Of a DNA stretch of 64,000 nucleotides, positions 1 to 6,162 are shown piece by piece. The translations under genes were made by a program, and so were the position numbers. This stretch comes from a virus (taxonomy: Duplodnaviria > Caudoviricetes), in the IMG/VR virus record IMGVR_UViG_3300038443_002533, positions 160,001-224,000 of that record; one strand, 5' to 3'. Each line of letters begins with the position of its first letter. The first letter of the stretch is position 1. A model generated the notes under the pieces. That model was not told where the DNA came from. It did no database searches and saw only the letters and a list, made by a program, of their open reading frames with translations.

Positions 1-41
1 ACCCCCCTGTTTCCCTATCTAGAGAAACTAGGAGTAGTAAC

Positions 42-329
42 ATGAATGACCCAGTTATGGTTTGCAAGTTGCAGCTGCATGAGATCACCCCGAAGAAAAC
101 CAACGCCTGCTATGACAAGGACAACAAACCGACCTTGCCATTTTCCATTGTGAAATTCGGCGCGGTGTGGGAAGGTTCGGCGGAGAATCAAGCGATGAGT
201 GAAAATGCCGTGTTCGGTCATTGGACGCCCAGCGCGTCTTTCAATGCCACCATCGCCAACGAAGCTGTGATTGACAAACTGGTGCCAGGCCGTAAATACT
301 ACGTTACGTTCACCGAAGCACCGGACTGA
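42..329 (+). CDS. hypothetical phage protein
   Basis: 95-aa ORF with GGAG upstream; no recognised family. Confidence 0.8.
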   Translation: MNDPVMVCKLQLHEITPKKTNACYDKDNKPTLPFSIVKFGAVWEGSAENQAMSENAVFGHWTPSASFNATIANEAVIDKLVPGRKYYVTFTEAPD

Positions 330-336
330 AGCAATG

Positions 337-1030
337 CCGAGCAATCGGTTACCATGGCTGTGACTTACTGAGGGCGCACCTGAAAAGGGCTCGGTAAGTT
401 ACAGCAAGTTGTGCCCTTACATCGGACATATGGGTCGATGGGGTTTGTGCCGATAAGACTGGGTGCCAACGCCCGGACCTAAAGCACACAGGCGCATCCC
501 ACTCGGGAAGGCGAGTGGTCGGGCGTAATACGAGAACCTCGGGTTGCTACCCGGGGCTGTTTGCCAACAGGCGGCTTAAGTCGCTTTCGGCCCTGCTGGG
601 AGATCTCAGCGCACGTAAGCACTCGTGTTAATGCCCGCGGTGCGGCCGGCCAATTCTCGGCCTGCACCTCGATGTTCGTGACACGTCTGTTCGATTGCCG
701 GTTAACTCCGGCCAGACGAGTGTTTGAGTGGTTGGCGGGTGGGTATCCCGTCTGGGCAGCTGATATTCGCCTACCGCTTCCGAACTGCCTGAGCATAGCC
801 TTTAGGCACTTGACGCGCAAATCGCTCAGGTGGGCCTAAGGGATGTGCTAAGAGCATGTCAAACTTCTTTTCTAGAGAGATTGGTTGTGCCTAGCCACGA
901 TGGGAATCGTTGCGGCGCGATGGGAATCGCCACAAGGTGCAACAAGTAGTACACATTGGTGTATAGCCTGAAGTTGCCTTTACCAAGACCGCCGTCTGCA
1001 AACGGCGTAGAGGCAATTTTGGCATGTACT
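337..1030 (+). ncRNA. putative large structured non-coding RNA (~700 nt)
   Basis: No credible ORF; dense hairpins including a 16-bp stem (357-372/390-405) and GNRA-capped hairpins (337-348, 897-910, 917-930); strand inferred from flanking genes. Confidence 0.55.
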
Positions 1031-1046
1031 CCTGAAAGAGACAATA

Positions 1047-1550
1047 ATGAGAATGCAACGACATTTGGCCACCGAGTCGGACCAACCGACAGGCGAAGCC
1101 GAAGATTCACCGGCCTACATCGAAGCGCTGGCCAAAGCGCAGCCGTACATCGAAGAATGGATCGGCTACGACCTGGACAAGACGCTGTTCCGCCATGACA
1201 AGTGGGAAGGTGTCCTGCATTTCGGCGAACCGATCGTACCGATGCTCGACCGGCTCAAGCAAGACCTCGCTAGTGGTAAGCGAGTAAAAATTTTCACGGC
1301 ACGCGTATCCTACGCCGACGAACGCATCAACACCGTCGTTCGTAAAGCGATCCAAGACTTGATGTTCGAGCATACCGGCCAGGTGCTGGAAGTGACCAAC
1401 ATCAAAGACATGGGGATGCGCAATCTGTACGATGACCGCGCCACCGGGGTGATCCCGAACGAAGGGGTGGTCATCGAAGCCCCTAAACACCTGCCGGGCA
1501 CCAGCGCTCAGTTCACCAAAGATCTGAAAGCCGCCCTCGGTCAAGACTAA
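1047..1550 (+). CDS. HAD-superfamily phosphatase (polynucleotide 3'-phosphatase-like)
   Basis: Motif I GYDLDKTL, motif II KIFTAR, K plus YDD motifs III/IV. Confidence 0.75.
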   Translation: MRMQRHLATESDQPTGEAEDSPAYIEALAKAQPYIEEWIGYDLDKTLFRHDKWEGVLHFGEPIVPMLDRLKQDLASGKRVKIFTARVSYADERINTVVRKAIQDLMFEHTGQVLEVTNIKDMGMRNLYDDRATGVIPNEGVVIEAPKHLPGTSAQFTKDLKAALGQD

Positions 1551-1555
1551 ACACC

Positions 1556-1822
1556 ATGGCACTTATTCCTACTGGCGTTAACATCATCTACGATCTGTTG
1601 AACGCCCCGAAAGACAAGAACCCGCAAGAGCAGATGGCGGAACTGGGCATCACGTGCCAACGTGTTATCCCCGAACCCATCATCCATCTCTGGCGTTTCA
1701 TCTCTGTTGACCGCGCGACGATTCCCGCTGAGTTGCCCCCGTACCTCAGTCTGGTGTATCTGAACGTCCAGCAATGGAACGAAGAACTCGAAACGCTGAA
1801 GCAACTCAGCCTGAAGAAATAA
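1556..1822 (+). CDS. hypothetical phage protein
   Basis: 88-aa ORF directly after the HAD gene. Confidence 0.75.
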   Translation: MALIPTGVNIIYDLLNAPKDKNPQEQMAELGITCQRVIPEPIIHLWRFISVDRATIPAELPPYLSLVYLNVQQWNEELETLKQLSLKK

Positions 1823-1874
1823 ACGGCGTACCACCCACTTGACCCCGACCGCAGTCAGGACCAAGTGGTGTAAG

Positions 1875-2225
1875 TTACGGGTTGTACGGCACGGCCAAAC
1901 CGTTGCTGACGAGTTGATCGTTCAGGCTGGTCGAAGTATTCGGCAGATACACATCCGCCAGATAGCGACCATACTTCTCCTTCTTGTCCGCGACGGTTTG
2001 GATCACCACCGGGGCGTTAGCCGGCAGTTGTTGCTGAAGCCAAGCGCGTGAATCTTTCCCGGCTTGGGTGCTGACTTCGGGGGCGTTGATACCGTTGAAG
2101 CGGCAGGTCATGTTGATGTGGATATCGCATCCCAAGTCAACATTGAATTCTGCGGTATCGCCATCGATGACGCGAATCACGGTGGCGTTACGGATGTACA
2201 CATCTTTCTTTTTGGCGGCTGTCAT
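1875..2225 (-). CDS. thermonuclease / staphylococcal nuclease (SNase-like) protein
   Basis: VIRVIDGDT, RFNGINAPE, DKKEKYGRYLADV and LVSNGLA motifs; GGAG RBS upstream on minus strand. Confidence 0.9.
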   Translation of the reverse strand: MTAAKKKDVYIRNATVIRVIDGDTAEFNVDLGCDIHINMTCRFNGINAPEVSTQAGKDSRAWLQQQLPANAPVVIQTVADKKEKYGRYLADVYLPNTSTSLNDQLVSNGLAVPYNP

Positions 2226-2273
2226 GGTGGGCTCCTATGCAAAGGGGGTTCATAGCATCCGCGCAGTACCAAT

Positions 2274-2428
2274 GGTCAAGATGGCGAAGTGGAAGACGCA
2301 GCTGACGCTCCGGGTGCAAGTGATCAGTATTTGAACGAGCAGTAGGGTATCTACCGGGTCCATGATCGGGGCGGGTACTCAGATAAACTGTTCTAGTAGA
2401 ACGGAGGTTCGATTCCTTCTCTTGACCA
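2274..2428 (+). ncRNA. tRNA-like RNA A: Leu-type D arm, 8-bp acceptor, enlarged anticodon loop and variable region
   Basis: GGTCAAGA/TCTTGACC-A acceptor; D stem GCG/CGC; GCTGA/TCAGT stem with 18-nt loop; T arm GGAGG-TTCGATT-CCTTC. Confidence 0.7.
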
Positions 2429-2439
2429 CTCAGTTTTAT

Positions 2440-2515
2440 GGGGAAGTCGCCCAGCAGGTTTATTGACCTGACCCACTGTAGGCACGCGCAGGTGCGAATC
2501 CTGCCTTCCCCGCCA
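2440..2515 (+). ncRNA. tRNA-like RNA B lacking an anticodon arm
   Basis: GGGGAAG/CTTCCCC-G-CCA; T arm GCAGG-TGCGAAT-CCTGC; single extended arm GCC...GGC. Confidence 0.7.
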
Positions 2516-2532
2516 CTCAACCGTAGTACGTA

Positions 2533-2689
2533 GGGCATGTAGCTCAGTGATAGAGCACCGTCCATTACCCTTGGGGTCGCTGGTTCGAGTCCAGCCTGGG
2601 GAGTATGCGAATACTCGCTGGTAGCTCAGATGGTTAGAGCACAAGGCTTGCTTAGACGGAGGTCGTGGGTTTGATCCCTGCCATGTCCA
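2533..2689 (+). ncRNA. tRNA-like RNA C: Ala-type outer tRNA with a nested circularly permuted tRNA
   Basis: GGGCATG/CATGTCC-A (G3.U70); CCGTC/GACGG; inner CCTTG/CAAGG, T arm, GCGA-capped acceptor stem and D arm. Confidence 0.8.
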
Positions 2690-2698
2690 TCAAGAATT

Positions 2699-2807
2699 CT
2701 TAATAAGTGGTAAAGTAGATCAACGCGGAGAACCGACGCGCTACAAGGGATACCTCGCTCTGGTTGGTTCACTGGAACGAAGGAGTTTGACCCTGCCACT
2801 TATTAAG
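2699..2807 (+). ncRNA. 109-nt RNA element closed by a 14-bp terminal stem
   Basis: CTTAATAAGTGGTA (2699-2712) pairs with TGCCACTTATTAAG (2794-2807); internal hairpins. Confidence 0.55.
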
Positions 2808-2826
2808 TGTTTTTAAGTTTCACGTA

Positions 2827-2964
2827 GGGCGTTTAGCTCAGTTGGTAGAGCACGGCTAAAGGTGGGCACCGACAAACCCACACCAGCTTAACAGGCTGGG
2901 GCCGAAAGGCAGTCACCATTCATTAAAGCCGAGGTCATGTGTTCGAATCACGTAACGTCCACCA
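2827..2964 (+). ncRNA. tRNA-like RNA E: Ala-type acceptor with a 69-nt structured insert in the anticodon loop
   Basis: GGGCGTT/AACGTCC-A-CCA (G3.U70); canonical D and T arms; CGGCT/AGCCG stem enclosing 2858-2926. Confidence 0.8.
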
Positions 2965-2973
2965 AGTTTCAAA

Positions 2974-3138
2974 GGGTGTGTAGCTCAGCTGGTAGAGCGT
3001 AGTCATGCAAGATTGTGGGGGTTCGAGTCCCCCCATTCTCTCGATTGGGAATGTGGCGGAATTGGTAGACGCGCCGTTCTAACGGACGGTTATCACATTA
3101 GGCTAAGGTCATGGGTTCAAATCCTGTCACATCCACCA
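2974..3138 (+). ncRNA. tRNA-like RNA F: Ala-type outer tRNA with a nested permuted Leu-like tRNA (96-nt insert)
   Basis: GGGTGTG/CACATCC-A-CCA (G3.U70); TAGTC/GGCTA; inner T arm, CATTCTC/GGGAATG capped stem and Leu-type D arm. Confidence 0.8.
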
Positions 3139-3156
3139 AGTTTCAAGCAGTACCGT

Positions 3157-3234
3157 AGGGGAGTCGCCAAGTTGGTCCAAGGCCCCGGATTTTGATTCCG
3201 GCATTCGAAGGTTCGAATCCTTCCTCCTCTGCCA
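3157..3234 (+). tRNA. tRNA-Gln(UUG)
   Basis: Canonical cloverleaf, CCGGA-TTTTGAT-TCCGG, encoded CCA. Confidence 0.93.
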
Positions 3235-3315
3235 GATTTTCGTAGGACTGTTTGATGAACAGAGTAAAATCATCATGGTAGAGATACCACTTACTAGGCA
3301 CTAGGAGAATGTACC

Positions 3316-3780
3316 ATGGCTGGATTTGTGAAATTGATGTCGAATGAAAACCTGCCGGACGCAAGTCCGTTCAAAGGCTATCAGCTGATCAGCTTACCGG
3401 ACGCTGGCAAGGTCGAATTCAAACGTAATGAGCGAGGTCTCGATACGTGTGTGATCTACACCCCGGAGCATGATCCAGAAGAATACCTGATGTACGGCAA
3501 TGCGTATATCCTGAGCGACTCGGGTAAAACCATTGCTTCCCATGGCACCAACGTGCCCTGCGCATTGGAACCGGGTCAAGAGATCAATGACGCTAAGGTG
3601 GCGGTTAGCGCACTGCTTACGCTGGAACCTGACGATCTGAAAGCGGCCCTTTGCCATCTGGTTGCAACTAAGCCGGAAACCATCCGTGTCATGGGTGGCG
3701 TCATAGCCAATTTGGCGCGGGCCGGAAACGAAGCTGCTATTTACTCAATTCGTCCCGCGGTCGAACACATCAGCACGTAA
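3316..3780 (+). CDS. hypothetical phage protein inside the RNA cluster
   Basis: 154-aa ORF with AGGAG RBS. Confidence 0.8.
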   Translation: MAGFVKLMSNENLPDASPFKGYQLISLPDAGKVEFKRNERGLDTCVIYTPEHDPEEYLMYGNAYILSDSGKTIASHGTNVPCALEPGQEINDAKVAVSALLTLEPDDLKAALCHLVATKPETIRVMGGVIANLARAGNEAAIYSIRPAVEHIST

Positions 3781-3791
3781 CACCGATCAAT

Positions 3792-3950
3792 GCCCAAGTC
3801 AGTTATTCCCTCCAACCGATTTCGTCATGAAAGATGGCGCATCTGGCTAAAAGTGAATTCCAAGGCCTGACTAGGGCGCCCCTTTGGCTTTATTAGTTGA
3901 AAGAGGTGTTGTGCCACCACACGCCGTCAATCGAGTAGACTAATAAAGCC
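3792..3950 (+). ncRNA. two adjacent stem-closed RNA elements
   Basis: 3792-3802/3867-3877 (11 bp, one mismatch) and 3886-3897/3939-3950 (12 bp perfect). Confidence 0.45.
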
Positions 3951-3956
3951 TTCCCT

Positions 3957-4032
3957 TCCCCGATAGCTCAGCCGGTAGAGCGACGGACTGTTAATCCGCA
4001 GGTCCCTGGTTCGAATCCAGGTCGGGGAGCCA
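3957..4032 (+). tRNA. tRNA-Asn(GUU)
   Basis: Canonical cloverleaf, ACGGA-CTGTTAA-TCCGC, encoded CCA. Confidence 0.96.
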
Positions 4033-4034
4033 CG

Positions 4035-4893
4035 AACATAAAAGCTGGAATCTAAGCTAGTAGAGTTATCCTTTAACTTGTGCTGGGGTTGTGTTGTTGA
4101 CACTTTACAACTAAGGCTTGGGTTCCGCCTTTTGTGTTTAACTGTCTTTGGGTTTGACTTGGATCGACCGCGAGTCGCAATTACCATACGAGCGATTACG
4201 ATTATCGAAGAACATATTGGCCTGACTCACAAGTCACCTGGTCAAACCCACCCTTTTTCAGAGGACGCACGTGAGGTCGTGCAGGCTTGAGTATCAAGTC
4301 TAGAATGGGCGTGGCTCCTTACACCTACGGGGATACTTAAGGGAGTCGAGGGAAGTGAGATCTCATCAATCTCCACAATGTGGGTGCAACCCACCCCAAT
4401 ACTCGCACACAGGAACGCCGTGGAAATCGGTGAACAACCAGGAGATGAGCCTGGTCCTCTGAGCTATTCTAAATAAAGGTACTGATGAGCCGTGGAAGTC
4501 GGCCCCTGTGCATACAGGCAAGGTTGCAAACCCTTCGAAACATCTCTTGCGCTTCAAGATACAACGAGATGTATACCAATGGACTTAACAGTGGTAGCCG
4601 TTGCTCTTGTCACCTCCGGGGTCTTGATGGGAGTCTAGTAGCGTTTCTGACACGAGCGCTGAAACTGTACGACTGGTTCAACCCTGTCGGCGTCTGTCAA
4701 ACGTCGTGGAGAGAGGATCAGTAAGTTGTACAACGCGTAAGCTGTGCCGCACGCTCCTAGTGAGCGGGTTCAGTGAGAAGCTAGGTCGTGCAAGACCAAG
4801 TTGTGCAGCCATTGTGAGATTGCGTCGGTTTGGCCAGACTGGCGCAGTTGTATCGGTGTGAGGCGGGGGAGGGGTGCAAAACTCTCCCCCGTT
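4035..4893 (+). ncRNA. putative large structured non-coding RNA (~860 nt) downstream of tRNA-Asn
   Basis: No credible ORF; 9-bp long-range stem 4150-4158/4241-4249; many hairpins; ends in a GC-rich hairpin followed by a T-rich tract. Confidence 0.6.
4478..4577 (+). ncRNA. hammerhead ribozyme-like element (type I topology, expanded stem II region)
   Basis: GGTA-CTGATGA...GAAA-CATCTC/GAGATG-TA-TACC: full catalytic core with a GUA cleavage triplet. Confidence 0.65.
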
Positions 4894-4931
4894 TCTTATT
4901 CTTTTTATGCCGTCAAAATCTAGGAGTAACT

Positions 4932-5669
4932 ATGTGGAACTTTTTCAAACGACTGTTTGGCGGTGGTAAACGACAAGAACCCCAGATCGATAAGCCGAGC
5001 GGATCGGCGGGCCGCTGCACACCGTACATGACACCGCTCAGTTCCATCAAACCGAAGTCACCGGAGCCCGTTAAAGAAGATCTGAAGCGCCCCAACGGCC
5101 AATGGGAAGAAACGGAAAACCAACGGCCGCCCGAAAGCGTATGGCAACAAAGCTTGCGGCGCGAAATCAATAAGGTTGAAAAACGTCAACGCTACAATGA
5201 AATTTTGAGCCAAGCTGGGATGGATGTTCGCGCCAGGCGATTCGAAGCCGTGCAACAGTCCGTCGATCGGGTTCGCCAAGAAGCACTCAACTCCGCCACC
5301 CCCCAGATGAGTCGACCGCAATTACCGCCCCATGCGTTGACGGATTCGGCGCGCCTGGATTTGGTCCGAAGAGCAACGCTGAGCACCATGTCCCAGCGCC
5401 CAGGATTACAAGCTGGGCTAGACGCGGTTCAGCGTGACATCGAAGCGCGCCGTCGACAGAACGAAGAAGACGAACGTCGTCGCCGTGAAGCCGATGATGA
5501 AGACCGTCGCCGTCGTAACAACGATGACACATTGAATTTGTTGGTAGGCTTATCCTCGATAATTTCTGACACCGTATCCTCATCGTCTGATTCCAGCCCC
5601 AGCTCGGATCCGTTCAGCGGCGGCGGTGGTTCCTTTGACGGCGGTGGTGCTTCTGGAGATTGGTCATGA
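4932..5669 (+). CDS. hypothetical protein with Ser/Gly-rich C-terminal tail
   Basis: AGGAG RBS before ATG 4932; ends FSGGGGSFDGGGASGDWS. Confidence 0.85.
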   Translation: MWNFFKRLFGGGKRQEPQIDKPSGSAGRCTPYMTPLSSIKPKSPEPVKEDLKRPNGQWEETENQRPPESVWQQSLRREINKVEKRQRYNEILSQAGMDVRARRFEAVQQSVDRVRQEALNSATPQMSRPQLPPHALTDSARLDLVRRATLSTMSQRPGLQAGLDAVQRDIEARRRQNEEDERRRREADDEDRRRRNNDDTLNLLVGLSSIISDTVSSSSDSSPSSDPFSGGGGSFDGGGASGDWS

Positions 5670-5866
5670 CAACCCAAATTTCGCTCGAACGCATTCGTGA
5701 GTTGCAAGCGGAGATCGATCAGATCAACCGACTGCATATCGCTGACGTGGTGATCACCAAGAACGGGAAGCCGCTGGATGTCAGCCCCCGGATCCTCAAC
5801 GACATGCGTCTCACCGGCTTGAATACCTTCGGCCTCTTGAAAGACCTCGATAAACAGAACCCATGA
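5666..5866 (+). CDS. hypothetical phage protein
   Basis: ATGA-coupled to neighbours. Confidence 0.75.
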   Translation: MTTQISLERIRELQAEIDQINRLHIADVVITKNGKPLDVSPRILNDMRLTGLNTFGLLKDLDKQNP

Positions 5867-6141
5867 ACACATTCACCCAAATCGAACGTTTTCTCGACGA
5901 AAACCGCGGACCAAACCTCTCCGCGAACATGATCGGCATACTCGAAGAAGCCAAGACCCGCGATCTGAGCGTATTCCAATATTACAAAGCGGTCGAAATG
6001 GGTCGAATTGGTAAAGTCTGGGTAATGCCATGGTCCGGTGGAATGGCGATTTCTTTTGGCGATGCTGAAGAAGCCACTCATCTCTGGAGTGACGAGAAAG
6101 GCACTTGGAAGCCCAGTTCGTACTTCCGCCAGTACGTTTAG
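5863..6141 (+). CDS. hypothetical phage protein
   Basis: ATGA-coupled ORF. Confidence 0.75.
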   Translation: MNTFTQIERFLDENRGPNLSANMIGILEEAKTRDLSVFQYYKAVEMGRIGKVWVMPWSGGMAISFGDAEEATHLWSDEKGTWKPSSYFRQYV

Positions 6142-6162
6142 CAGATTTAGATAAGGAAAGCC

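Noticed and set aside
897-930. CGATGGGAATCG direct repeat as CRISPR
   Set aside because: Only two 12-nt copies 8 nt apart; better explained as twin GNRA hairpins; no cas genes
479-1198. Short ORFs on both strands in the first non-coding region
   Set aside because: No RBS, atypical composition, and they overlap dense RNA hairpins
2558-3105. Inserts as group I introns or archaeal bulge-helix-bulge introns
   Set aside because: 69-96 nt is far too short for group I, with no P7 core; no 3-4-3 bulge-helix-bulge at the junctions; simple excision does not give a canonical U33/R37 loop
3927-4724. Short ORFs across tRNA-Asn and the large structured region
   Set aside because: They overlap a canonical tRNA and hairpins; no coding signal
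2274-4893. Canonical full-length or two-piece tmRNA
   Set aside because: No tRNA-like domain lacking a D stem joined to a ~250-nt pseudoknotted body; only the mini resemblance in element E
4035-4893. Group II intron
   Set aside because: No GUGYG 5' end paired with a recognisable domain V, no reverse transcriptase ORF and no interrupted gene
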